Virus record (IMG/VR): IMGVR_UViG_3300032435_000013 | Span: 1-57,381 of that record | Strand: one strand, 5' to 3' | DNA length: 57,381 nucleotides | Origin: a virus | Taxonomy: Duplodnaviria; Caudoviricetes | Shown here: piece after piece, positions 39,570-49,138 of the stretch | How positions within the stretch are numbered: position 1 is the stretch's first letter | Layout of the letters: every line of letters begins with the position of its first letter | Program-made: the position numbers and the translations under genes | Notes under the pieces: generated by a model | Databases searched by the model: none | Seen by the model: the letters and a program-made list of their open reading frames with translations, nothing else | What the model was told of the DNA's origin: nothing

Positions 39570-41066
39570 ATGGTTTTAGAAAAAAAGGGGCCCATCCAAA
39601 AAGACCTATTATCCACTGATCAATTAAGACTTGAGGTGGAAAAAAAACTCATTGAGCATATTAAACTTTGCCAAGATAATTTTTTATATTTTGTTCAAGA
39701 GGTCTGGCCTGATTTTATTTGTAGAAAAGAAAAGGACCCAAATAAATGGGGGCACCATCAAATCATGGCTAAAGAGTTTACTCGTATATCTGATCAGAGA
39801 AAAGGGAGGCTTATTGTGAATATGCCACCTAGGCACACTAAAAGCGAATTTGCTTCTGTGTTCTACCCAGCATGGATGATTGGAAGGAACCCTAAATTAA
39901 AAATTATGCAGGTAACGCACAATGCCGAACTATCTGCTAGATTTGGTTCTAAGGTTCGTAACTTAATTGACTCTAGAGAATATAAACAAATTTTTGGAGA
40001 TGTCCGTTTACGACAAGACTCTAAAGCAAAGGGACGTTGGGAAACAAATCATGGTGGTGAATATTTTGCTGCTGGTGTAGGAGGCGCAATCACAGGGCGT
40101 GGTGCGGATTTGTTAATCATTGACGATCCACATACCGAACAAGATTCTTTATCTCGTAATGCTATGGAGAGATGTTATGATTGGTATGCATCAGGACCCA
40201 GACAACGTTTACAACCTGGAGGCTCTATTGTTTTAGTTATGACGAGATGGGCAGAGAATGATTTAACGGGGACCCTCATTAGAAATCAGAAGGAAGAAAA
40301 AGCAGACAAGTGGAAGTTAATTTCTTTTCCTGCAATCTTAGAATCAGGGAACCCTTTGTGGCCAGAATTTTGGGAGAAATCTGAATTAGAAAAAGTCAAA
40401 GCATCGTTACCCATTCGTAACTGGTCTGCACAGTATATGCAGAACCCCACTTCAGAAGAAGGAGCTATCATCAAAAGAGACTGGTGGAGACCTTGGAAAA
40501 AAGATGTACCCGCATTACAGCATGTTATACAAAGTTACGATACCGCATTCAGTGCAAAAGAGACTGCCGACTATTCTGCTATTACTACGTGGGGGGTATT
40601 CTATCCTCAAGAAGGCGGGGCGGCTAATCTTATGTTGTTAGATGCAATGAAAGGTAAATATGATTTTCCTGAATTAAAAAATCTGGCATTTGATCAATAT
40701 AAATTTTGGGAACCTGAATCTGTAATCATTGAGGCTAAAGCATCAGGAGAACCGTTGATGCAAGAATTTAGAAGAATGGGAATACCAGTAATACCTTTTG
40801 TTCCTAGTAAAGGAAAAGATAAACATACTAGAGTTAATGCTACTGCACCCTTATTTGAATCAGGGTCCATATGGTATCCAGAAGGAGAACGCTTTGCAGA
40901 TGAGGTTATTGAGGAATGTGCTGCCTTTCCTCATGGTCAATATGATGACTATGTTGATAGTACTACCCAAGCCGTGTTAAGATACAGGCAAGGTAACTTC
41001 TTTGATGTAAGCTCCGACTACAAGGACAACTCAAATAAGTACAAAAAAGAATATAAATACTATTAA
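39570..41066 (+). CDS. terL: Terminase large subunit
   Basis: MPPRHTKSE, IIDDPH, MTRW, YMQNP, SYDTA, DYSA, DDYVDS motifs. Confidence 0.95.
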   Translation: MVLEKKGPIQKDLLSTDQLRLEVEKKLIEHIKLCQDNFLYFVQEVWPDFICRKEKDPNKWGHHQIMAKEFTRISDQRKGRLIVNMPPRHTKSEFASVFYPAWMIGRNPKLKIMQVTHNAELSARFGSKVRNLIDSREYKQIFGDVRLRQDSKAKGRWETNHGGEYFAAGVGGAITGRGADLLIIDDPHTEQDSLSRNAMERCYDWYASGPRQRLQPGGSIVLVMTRWAENDLTGTLIRNQKEEKADKWKLISFPAILESGNPLWPEFWEKSELEKVKASLPIRNWSAQYMQNPTSEEGAIIKRDWWRPWKKDVPALQHVIQSYDTAFSAKETADYSAITTWGVFYPQEGGAANLMLLDAMKGKYDFPELKNLAFDQYKFWEPESVIIEAKASGEPLMQEFRRMGIPVIPFVPSKGKDKHTRVNATAPLFESGSIWYPEGERFADEVIEECAAFPHGQYDDYVDSTTQAVLRYRQGNFFDVSSDYKDNSNKYKKEYKYY

Positions 41067-41075
41067 GGAAAACTT

Positions 41076-41252
41076 ATGACAACAAAAATAAACTCAAAGA
41101 TTTTAAAAGAATGGAAAAGAGAAAAAGATCTAGGTTATGACGGAACGGTAGAGGATTACTTTGAAGAATTTTACGGACCTATAGATGATTTTAAGAAGGA
41201 CGGTGGAATAGTAAGCGGCAAAGGATCAGACTACATTAAAGATCTTTTATAA
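41076..41252 (+). CDS. Small protein (58 aa) ending KDGGIVSGKGSDYIKDLL
   Basis: Manual translation; AAGGA RBS; TAATG-coupled. Confidence 0.75.
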   Translation: MTTKINSKILKEWKREKDLGYDGTVEDYFEEFYGPIDDFKKDGGIVSGKGSDYIKDLL

Positions 41253-41641
41253 TGGCTGAAAAAAAACCATATACTGATTTAAGATCAAATGTAGATCCAG
41301 TAGATAATAAACCTTACGTAGAATTCATAAGAGAAGACGAAGACTCTAAAACAAGAATTGCTGCTAAAAATAAAAAAAATTTTAATGCTCAACTTAAAAA
41401 AGATAATATTGAAGCAGGGTTTTTAAAAGATATTAAAGGAAAAAGAATTACAGCTGGTTATGGCAAAGGAAATTTTAAAGTAGAAGTTTCTAAAGGACCC
41501 GAAGGAAAGGGTGCTATGTTTTCTTACAGTAAAACACTAGGCTCTGAATCTAAACCTAGCCTATCAGAATTTGTTGATAATAAAGCCAATGGCGGTGTTG
41601 TTATTGGCAAAGGCAAAGATTACATCAAAGACATCCTGTAA
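41252..41641 (+). CDS. Hypothetical protein ending ANGGVVIGKGKDYIKDIL
   Basis: Shares its C-terminal motif with the upstream ORF. Confidence 0.75.
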   Translation: MAEKKPYTDLRSNVDPVDNKPYVEFIREDEDSKTRIAAKNKKNFNAQLKKDNIEAGFLKDIKGKRITAGYGKGNFKVEVSKGPEGKGAMFSYSKTLGSESKPSLSEFVDNKANGGVVIGKGKDYIKDIL

Positions 41642-41706
41642 AGTATAGTTATTAAACAGTTTGCATGTTAATATAATAACTATTATAACAAATTAAGGAG
41701 AATACC

Positions 41707-42174
41707 ATGGCAAAAAAAAGTATGAGAAATCTTGCAAAAGTTGCGGCAGGATTAGGAGCGGCCTATGCTCTATCTAAAATGGGTAAAGGAACTATGGATG
41801 GAACAGAAGGTGACTTCCCAGCTTCATCAGTAGACAAATCTTCACCAGTATCTAAAGGATCTTCACCAGTATCTAAAGGATCTTCACCAGTATCTAAAGG
41901 AACTATGGATGGAACAGAAGGCGACATGCCCTTTGTAGCTAAACCAAAAAGAGGAAGCGTAGAAGCATTTAGACAAGCTGAATCTGAAAGACAAGCTAGA
42001 ATATCAGCAAGGAGAAGTGGACAAACTAGGAGAACCGATGGGTCCGCATTTAATGCAAAAATAAAAGCAACCAATGCAGCTAGACAAGGAATGAAAAACC
42101 CAAGATACAATAAGGGTGGATCTGTTCACGTTAAAACAAAAATAGGATATAGTAAACCAACAAAGATTTGCTAA
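41707..42174 (+). CDS. Low-complexity basic virion-associated protein with internal repeats
   Basis: AAGGAG RBS; SSPVSKG x3. Confidence 0.7.
   Translation: MAKKSMRNLAKVAAGLGAAYALSKMGKGTMDGTEGDFPASSVDKSSPVSKGSSPVSKGSSPVSKGTMDGTEGDMPFVAKPKRGSVEAFRQAESERQARISARRSGQTRRTDGSAFNAKIKATNAARQGMKNPRYNKGGSVHVKTKIGYSKPTKIC
41839..41901 (+). repeat. 3 x 21-bp perfect tandem repeat; a 27-bp duplication lies at 41784-41810/41895-41921
   Basis: TCTTCACCAGTATCTAAAGGA x3. Confidence 0.95.
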
Positions 42175-42175
42175 T

Positions 42176-44545
42176 ATGGCGGAAGTCGACAACAACAATG
42201 AACTTCCTGTAGAGGAAGTTGAATCGGAAGAGGTTGACGTAGAATTACCAGAAGATGTGCAAGACCAAGTTGAAGAACTTGGTGCGGCTATTGATGAACA
42301 GGTAGAATTCTACGACAACTTAGCGGAAGACATGGATGAGCGTACGCTTGGGCGTATGGCATCGCAGTTAGTTGAAGACTATCGTAAAGATAAAGTCTCA
42401 AGATCCGATTGGGAAAAAACATATACACAAGGTTTAGAATTACTAGGTTTTAAATACAGCGATCAAACTCGTCCTTTTGCTGGAGCAAGTGGTGTTACTC
42501 ACCCCTTACTAGCAGAAGCGGTTACACAATTTCAAGCACAAGCTTATAAAGAACTACTACCCTCCGATGGCCCTGTACGTACTCAAGTTGTTGGAGCAGA
42601 AACACCAGATACAAAACAACAAGCAGAACGTGTAGAAGATTTTATGAACTACATGTTAATGGAAAAGATGGAAGAGTACACTCCAGACTTTGACCAGTTA
42701 TTATTTTATTTACCTTTAGCAGGATCTGCATTTAAGAAAATTTATTACGATGGGTTAAAACAAAGAGCTGTTTCTAAATTTGTTCCAGCAGAAGATTTAG
42801 TAGTTCCTTATTACGCAACCGATTTAATGGATTGCGAACGAATTGTTCATTTAGTTAAAATGAGCGAGAATGATATTCTTAAAAAACAAAAATCAGGATT
42901 CTATAGAGACGTAGAATTATTACAAAAATCTACTCAACAAAATACTATCCAAGATAAACTAAACGAATTAGAAGGGGTGAAGCCTACTGCAGATATGGAA
43001 ACGCAGTTTAATATTTTAGAGATGCATGTAGATTTAAGTTTAGAAGACTTTGAAAAAGACGGAAGACCTAAACCAGATGAAAAAGAAGTTAAGGTTCCTT
43101 ACATTGTAACCATTGATGAAGGTTCTCAAGAGATACTTTCCATCTACCGTAACTATGCACCAGAGGATGAATTAAAAAAACGCAAAGAATACTTTGTGCA
43201 TTTTAAATTTTTACCAGGATTAGGCTTTTATGGCTTTGGATTAATCCATATGATCGGCGGATTAAGTAGATCTGCCACTACTGCATTAAGACAATTGTTA
43301 GATGCAGGTACTTTGGCTAACTTACCAGCGGGATTCAAGAGCCGTGGAATTAGAATCAGGGATGATGACCAACCGTTCCAGCCAGGAGAGTTTAGAGATG
43401 TAGACGCACCAGGCGGAAACATTAGAGACCAGTTTCAATTATTACCGTTTAAAGAACCTTCACAAACTTTATTTCAACTAATGGGCTTTTGCGTACAAGC
43501 AGGACAAAGATTCGCTGCAATTGCTGACATGCAAATGGGAGAAGATTCACAAAACAGAGCCGTGGGCACAACGATCGCACTCTTGGAGCGTGGTTCGAGG
43601 GTCATGAGCGCTATTCATAAGCGTTGTTACTACGCTATGCGACAAGAATTTAGACTACTGGCAAAAGTATTCGCAGATTATCTACCCCCTGTGTACCCTT
43701 ATTCTGTGTATAACGCAGACCGTGCAGTAAAAGTTGCAGATTTTGACGACCGCGTAGATGTCATTCCAGTTGCCGACCCTAATATCATGAGTATGGCACA
43801 ACGAGTAACGTTAGCGAATGAAAATTTAAAGATCGCTATGTCTGCTCCACAAATGCACAACTTGAGAGAAGCTTATTCTAGAGTATACGAAGCATTAGGA
43901 ACTAAAAATATTGATTCTTTGTTGTACCCTGACAAACAACCTACCCCTGAAGATCCAGGAACCGAGAACGCTAAGGCTTTGAAGATGGAATTGTTAAAAG
44001 CATTTCCAGACCAGGATCACGATGCACATATCACGGCTCACGGAACTTTCATTCAGTCACGAATGGTACAGATGAACCCTATGGTGTATGCATTATTGCA
44101 AGGACACATTAGTGATCACATTGCGATGCAAGCTCATGGAGAAGTAGGAGCATTAATTCAACAAGATCCAGAGATGCAAGCGATGAACCAACAAGATCCA
44201 GACGGATTTAAAGTGTTATTTAATTCTATGGTTGCAAAACGAGTTGCTGAACTAACTAAAATGTTAATTGAAGCCGAAGGCGGACCGCAACAAGATCCTT
44301 TAGTAGCGTTGAAACAAAGAGAACTGGATTTAAAAGCATTAGACATTCAAAGAAGAGCCAATGAATCTCAAGAAGACATGCAAAGAAAAGAAGGTGAGTT
44401 TGATGAGAAGATTGATTTTGAGAAAATGAAATTAGAACAACAAGAAGAACAAGCTGCGGCTAGAATTAGAGTAGCCAATGAGAAAATTAATGTTGCAAGA
44501 GAAAAAAATAAACAAGCGTTTGCCCAAAAGCCAAAAGCAAACTAA
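42176..44545 (+). CDS. Portal protein
   Basis: 789 aa after terL; HPLLAEAVTQFQA, GFYGFGLIH, DAGTL.NLP motifs; coiled-coil barrel C-terminus. Confidence 0.88.
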   Translation: MAEVDNNNELPVEEVESEEVDVELPEDVQDQVEELGAAIDEQVEFYDNLAEDMDERTLGRMASQLVEDYRKDKVSRSDWEKTYTQGLELLGFKYSDQTRPFAGASGVTHPLLAEAVTQFQAQAYKELLPSDGPVRTQVVGAETPDTKQQAERVEDFMNYMLMEKMEEYTPDFDQLLFYLPLAGSAFKKIYYDGLKQRAVSKFVPAEDLVVPYYATDLMDCERIVHLVKMSENDILKKQKSGFYRDVELLQKSTQQNTIQDKLNELEGVKPTADMETQFNILEMHVDLSLEDFEKDGRPKPDEKEVKVPYIVTIDEGSQEILSIYRNYAPEDELKKRKEYFVHFKFLPGLGFYGFGLIHMIGGLSRSATTALRQLLDAGTLANLPAGFKSRGIRIRDDDQPFQPGEFRDVDAPGGNIRDQFQLLPFKEPSQTLFQLMGFCVQAGQRFAAIADMQMGEDSQNRAVGTTIALLERGSRVMSAIHKRCYYAMRQEFRLLAKVFADYLPPVYPYSVYNADRAVKVADFDDRVDVIPVADPNIMSMAQRVTLANENLKIAMSAPQMHNLREAYSRVYEALGTKNIDSLLYPDKQPTPEDPGTENAKALKMELLKAFPDQDHDAHITAHGTFIQSRMVQMNPMVYALLQGHISDHIAMQAHGEVGALIQQDPEMQAMNQQDPDGFKVLFNSMVAKRVAELTKMLIEAEGGPQQDPLVALKQRELDLKALDIQRRANESQEDMQRKEGEFDEKIDFEKMKLEQQEEQAAARIRVANEKINVAREKNKQAFAQKPKAN

Positions 44546-44631
44546 GAGATTAACCAAGACAATCCCCCCTAACAAGGGACCTAATCCTGATGGTATATAC
44601 GCGCCATTAAAACCAGAGTATTATTTGTAAT

Positions 44632-44841
44632 ATGGCAACAAAAAAAATAGCACCAAAGAAAAAACCTAAATCGATGGACGATCAGATCCTAGAAGGAGAT
44701 GATTTGCAAGACGAATTAAATAACCCCTCTATGCAAGGACCTTACAAACCTTTTGAAGATCCAGAAATGTTAAACGAAGGCGGAGAAGTAAGAGGTGGTG
44801 GAGCAGCTATTAGAGGAAAAGGTTTTAAAGGAGTGTTTTAA
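44632..44841 (+). CDS. Small protein ending EGGEVRGGGAAIRGKGFKGVF
   Basis: C-terminal motif shared with 52064..52348. Confidence 0.7.
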   Translation: MATKKIAPKKKPKSMDDQILEGDDLQDELNNPSMQGPYKPFEDPEMLNEGGEVRGGGAAIRGKGFKGVF

Positions 44842-45252
44842 ATGCTTCCCGCATTAAGTATTATCGCACCTCTAGCAAAAATGCTGTTTGCTACCGTGGA
44901 CAAAGCTATCCCTGATAAAGATCTAGCAGAAAAATTAAAAGCTCAGCTTAACACTCAACTATTATTATCCTCCACAGAAGAATTAAAAGCAGCGGCTTCT
45001 ATTGTAGAAGCAGAGGCAAAATCTAACTGGTTTGTAGCTAGTTGGAGACCTTTATTAATGTATGTATTAATATTTATATTAGTGTGGAATTTTGTCTTAG
45101 GACCTGTCATAAGAATCTTTACTGGAACTATTATTACGTTTGAATTACCAGGAGATGTTTGGACTTTATTAAACATTGGACTAGGTGGTTATGTAGTGGG
45201 AAGATCTGGTGAAAGTATTGCAAGAACACTTGCCAACAAAGGAGAAAAATAA
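44842..45252 (+). CDS. Holin (GTA-type 3TM family)
   Basis: I.DKD.A, AEA.S.W...WRP, TM helices, LGGYV.GRS.E motifs. Confidence 0.8.
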   Translation: MLPALSIIAPLAKMLFATVDKAIPDKDLAEKLKAQLNTQLLLSSTEELKAAASIVEAEAKSNWFVASWRPLLMYVLIFILVWNFVLGPVIRIFTGTIITFELPGDVWTLLNIGLGGYVVGRSGESIARTLANKGEK

Positions 45253-45701
45253 TGGAAAAACTAAATAAGTTTATTGATTTTGGAAAAGAAGTATTAAGAA
45301 TAGCTTACGTTGTAACTACGTGGACTGTTTGTAAAATACTATTCATTAAACAATGTAAATGCGAAGACAACTGCGGATGTAACAAATAATGAAAAAATCT
45401 AAAAGCACAGAAAAGAAAAAGACGCACAAGATGCCAAACGGAAAAATAATGAAGGGTGCTAAGCATAAAAAATAATGGCTAAACCAGGACTATACGCAAA
45501 CATTCATGCTAAAAGAAAAAGAATGGAAGCAGGCTCAAAAGAGAAGATGAGAAAAGTTGGATCCAAAGGAGCTCCTACTTCAAAACAATTTAAACAAGCA
45601 GCTAAAACAGCTAATAAAAAGTAATGAAAAACTTTTTTAAAAAACTAGTAAACAGAATACTGGGAAGAAGATGTACTTGCGGCAGATGCCGTTGCGAATA
45701 G
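45252..45701 (+). other. Four TAATG-coupled micro-ORFs: 45252-45389 (Cys-rich tail), 45389-45475 (basic), 45475-45624 (basic, MAKPGLYANIHAKRKR), 45624-45701 (Cys-rich tail)
   Basis: Manual translation; exact stop/start overlaps. Confidence 0.75.
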
Positions 45702-45749
45702 TATAGAAAAGGTCTTTCTAAAAAAGAAAAAATAGTATAGAACTTCTTT

Positions 45750-46337
45750 ATGATTAAAGGAGATAGTACAGAATACGACCTATTAGAAAGCGCTTGTAAG
45801 CTAGTCCCGTGGTCCGAGGTTCTTTCTGCTGAGATCGGAGTACGTCAGGGACAAGGCTCTAAGATTATTTTAGATTCTTTTAAAGACAAGACCCACTGGC
45901 ATATTGGAATTGATCCTTATGGTAATTTAGATTATCAACATTACGACACCACAGGAACTTATACTTGTGACTATACCAACAGTATGAAGTTACAGCTACT
46001 CCAAGATTTATCTTATGAACATTTTACATTGTACTCCATAGGCGATGATGAATTCATGAAACGATTTGCTGATGGGGTACCTATTTACCGAAATACAAAA
46101 AAAATTAGTAACACCTACGATTTAGTTCATTTTGACGGCCCGCATAAAACCATAGACGTGATACGGGAAACTATGTTCTTTGGAGACAGGGCTAGAATAG
46201 GATCTGTATTTGTTTATGATGATTACCCTAAGTATGATATGAATGTTATAGGAACTATATTAGTAGAATATTTAGGCTTTGAACCTGTCTTAAAAGGTGA
46301 TAATAAAATAGCTTTACAAAAGAAAAAAGATGCTTGA
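45750..46337 (+). CDS. Class I SAM-dependent methyltransferase (Methyltransf_24-like)
   Basis: EIGVRQG.GS, GIDPY, DLVHFDGPH, VYDD motifs. Confidence 0.85.
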   Translation: MIKGDSTEYDLLESACKLVPWSEVLSAEIGVRQGQGSKIILDSFKDKTHWHIGIDPYGNLDYQHYDTTGTYTCDYTNSMKLQLLQDLSYEHFTLYSIGDDEFMKRFADGVPIYRNTKKISNTYDLVHFDGPHKTIDVIRETMFFGDRARIGSVFVYDDYPKYDMNVIGTILVEYLGFEPVLKGDNKIALQKKKDA

Positions 46338-46536
46338 TTTAGGAACCTTAGACCAGGTTAAACACTATATTAAAAAACAAATAGAACAAATCAAAGACCA
46401 TTTATGCTATGGTGTAGACACAGTAGATAAACTCCAGTACTCTAGAGGGAAACTCAATGCCCTAGAGGTGTTGCTTCAGGATCTAAAAGACCTGCAGAAG
46501 AACATGGAGAATGTCGATGACGATAATAACCCCTGA
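46330..46536 (+). CDS. Conserved small head-module protein
   Basis: ORF preceding groES. Confidence 0.7.
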   Translation: MLDLGTLDQVKHYIKKQIEQIKDHLCYGVDTVDKLQYSRGKLNALEVLLQDLKDLQKNMENVDDDNNP

Positions 46537-46963
46537 TACGTCTTTACTAGGCGTGTCGCAAGATACTGTTGCCCCTGAATCTAAGGAGCAAGAGATACCC
46601 ACCGATTCAGAAGGTATACAAAAATATCTGGATGTAATTCCCAAACCAGTAGGATATAGAATTTTAGTTAGACCTTATTCAGGTCCTAAAAAAACTAAAG
46701 GCGGAATTTTACTTACCGATAACGCAAGTGAAACTATTCAAATGACAACCGTAGTTGGTTTAGTTGTTTCTATGGGAGATCTTTGTTATGCAGATAAGAC
46801 TAGATTCCCTAATGGTCCTTGGTGTAAGGAAGGCCAATTTATTATTTATGGAAGATATGCTGGCTCAAGATTTAAAACAAAATATGGAGAACACCGTATT
46901 TTAAATGATGATGAAATTATAGCCACCATCAGTAAACCCGAAGACATACTTCATTTATATTAA
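46511..46963 (+). CDS. groES: Co-chaperonin GroES-like
   Basis: PVGYRILV, KTKGGILL, YAG, RILNDDEIIA motifs. Confidence 0.9.
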   Translation: MSMTIITPDTSLLGVSQDTVAPESKEQEIPTDSEGIQKYLDVIPKPVGYRILVRPYSGPKKTKGGILLTDNASETIQMTTVVGLVVSMGDLCYADKTRFPNGPWCKEGQFIIYGRYAGSRFKTKYGEHRILNDDEIIATISKPEDILHLY

Positions 46964-46975
46964 TAGGAGAACAAA

Positions 46976-47992
46976 ATGATAGAAGCACAAAAACAAGCTA
47001 AGATTCAACCTGAGGTTGAATTAGATTTGGATGATGCTAAAGAGCAGGATATCCAAGTAGAAACAAAAGAAGAAAAATCAAAAGAACCAAATTTAAATTC
47101 TGGTGAAGTTGATTTAGGTTACACGTCTCATGGAAAAGAAGACAACAAGGAAGAATTATCTATTGAACAAATAGAAGAGCAACCTGTTACTACTAAACCA
47201 AAAGAAGAGCCTAAAAAAGAAGCGGATAACTTATCTGAGATAAATGAATCTGTTCAAAAAAGAATAGATAAATTAACAAGAAGATATAGAGAAGCAGAGC
47301 GCAGAGAACAAGCAGCTTTAGAATTTGCAAAAGGCCTTCATAAAAAATATGAAACTTCTGAAAAAAGACTAGACACTGCAGATGAACAGTACTTAAAAGA
47401 ATTTGATGCAAGAGTAGATGCACAGAGAGAACAAGTACGAATCAAATTAAGAACCGCCATTGAATCTAGTGATGCAGATGCAATCATGCAAGCGAATGAT
47501 GAGTTAACTCAACTTGCCGTTCAAAAAGAAAAAGCTAAATTGCAAATGGCAGACCGTACAGAACGATTAAGACAGCTTGAAGAGCAGAAGAAAGTACAAG
47601 CTTCTGAAATACAGGAACAGCAAAGAGCTAGACCTGTAGACCCAGCACCTAGTGGAAAAGCTAAGACCTGGGCTCAAAAGAATACTTGGTTTGGAAATGA
47701 TAAAATCATGACTAATGCCGCTTTTACCATCCATGAGGATCTAGTGGGTATGGGTGTAGACGTTGAAAGCGAAGAGTATTATAATGAAATAGATAAACGA
47801 ATGAAGGATAATTTCCCTCATAAGTTTTCTATACAAGAGCAACGAAGAGAACCCGTCCAACAAGTTGCTAGTGCTGGTAGACAACAGCAAGGACGCAGAA
47901 CTGTGAGACTCACCAAGTCACAGGTGGCTATAGCCAAAAAATTAGGGGTGCCACTAGAAGAATACGCTAAATACGTGAAGGAGGTACAATAG
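46976..47992 (+). CDS. Capsid scaffolding protein
   Basis: Acidic coiled coil; C-terminal VRLT.SQVAIAKKLGVPLEEYAK. Confidence 0.75.
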   Translation: MIEAQKQAKIQPEVELDLDDAKEQDIQVETKEEKSKEPNLNSGEVDLGYTSHGKEDNKEELSIEQIEEQPVTTKPKEEPKKEADNLSEINESVQKRIDKLTRRYREAERREQAALEFAKGLHKKYETSEKRLDTADEQYLKEFDARVDAQREQVRIKLRTAIESSDADAIMQANDELTQLAVQKEKAKLQMADRTERLRQLEEQKKVQASEIQEQQRARPVDPAPSGKAKTWAQKNTWFGNDKIMTNAAFTIHEDLVGMGVDVESEEYYNEIDKRMKDNFPHKFSIQEQRREPVQQVASAGRQQQGRRTVRLTKSQVAIAKKLGVPLEEYAKYVKEVQ

Positions 47993-47993
47993 T

Positions 47994-48470
47994 ATGAGCG
48001 ATAATAAAATAATTAAGACTTCACGCGCGACTGAAGAACATAAAGAGGCTTTGAGAAAGAAACCTTGGTCGCCACCATCAGCTCTGGACGCACCACCTGC
48101 GCCAGTCGGCATGGTCCATAGATGGATCAGAGTCGAGTCTATGGGTTTTAACGATACGGCAAACGTATCTAAGAAACTTAGAGAAGGTTGGGAATTTGTA
48201 AGAGCCGAAGAAATTAAAAATTCTATCGGTGATCACGGATACCCAGTTATTCGAGACGGACAATACGCAGGTTTGATCGGGGTTGCTGGCCTTGTGTTGG
48301 CAAGGATACCTGAAGAAATTGTGCAATCGCGCTCTGATTATTTCAAAAAAATAACTCAGGACAAAATAGAAGCGGTTGATCGCGATGTCATGAAGGAACA
48401 ACGACCTGAGATGCCGATTAATATTAGTCGACAATCTCGTGTATCTTTTGGTGGTGGAAGTAAGTCCTAA
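47994..48470 (+). CDS. Conserved head-module protein
   Basis: W.PP..LDAP, HRWIR, REGWEFV motifs. Confidence 0.75.
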   Translation: MSDNKIIKTSRATEEHKEALRKKPWSPPSALDAPPAPVGMVHRWIRVESMGFNDTANVSKKLREGWEFVRAEEIKNSIGDHGYPVIRDGQYAGLIGVAGLVLARIPEEIVQSRSDYFKKITQDKIEAVDRDVMKEQRPEMPINISRQSRVSFGGGSKS

Positions 48471-48532
48471 TTTTGTGACGATAACCATCCCAAAAACAAA
48501 CTGAAACAAATATAAAAAGGAGTACTAACAAT

Positions 48533-49123
48533 ATGGCTAACGTAGCTGAAAAATATGGTCTTAGACCAGTAAGAAAGTTAGATGGCTCTCCGTTTATAAA
48601 TGCTCAGAACAGATACAGAATTAAAGCGGGTTATGGCACTGCGATATTTCAAGGGGATTTGGTAATACCAACTTCCACTGGATTTATTCAGAGAGCTACT
48701 GCTGGAAATTCTGCGGCTGTTGTCGGGGTATTTAATGGAGTGTTCTACAACGACCCAACTACTCAGAAACCAACTTGGAAAAATTATTATCCAGGATCTG
48801 TTACACCGACTCAAGGCGATATTATCGCTACGGTTATTGACGATCCCGAAGTAGTTTATTCAATTGATTCTGATGGAGAATTCGCTGTAGCAGACATCTT
48901 TAAGAACTTTTCAATCACTAACGCGACTGGAAACGTTCAAACAGGTATATCAAAAGTTCAACTAGACTACTCTGCTGCTGGAGTTGCAAATACATTTGCA
49001 GTTCAAGCTATCGATGTCTCTCAAGACGTTTCTAGCGACACAGTTGGAGCAGTAAACGTTGATGTGCTTGTAAGAATCAACAATCATTTCTACTCTTATG
49101 GTGGAAATGGTACAGGCTTATAA
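48533..49123 (+). CDS. Capsid decoration / minor capsid protein
   Basis: Beta-rich; immediately upstream of the MCP; GLRPV, IFQGD motifs. Confidence 0.6.
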   Translation: MANVAEKYGLRPVRKLDGSPFINAQNRYRIKAGYGTAIFQGDLVIPTSTGFIQRATAGNSAAVVGVFNGVFYNDPTTQKPTWKNYYPGSVTPTQGDIIATVIDDPEVVYSIDSDGEFAVADIFKNFSITNATGNVQTGISKVQLDYSAAGVANTFAVQAIDVSQDVSSDTVGAVNVDVLVRINNHFYSYGGNGTGL

Positions 49124-49138
49124 TAGGAGAAATAAATA

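Noticed and set aside
45750-46337. DNA methyltransferase
   Set aside because: No DPPY/NPPY or PC catalytic motif; it fits a small-molecule/glycan methyltransferase.
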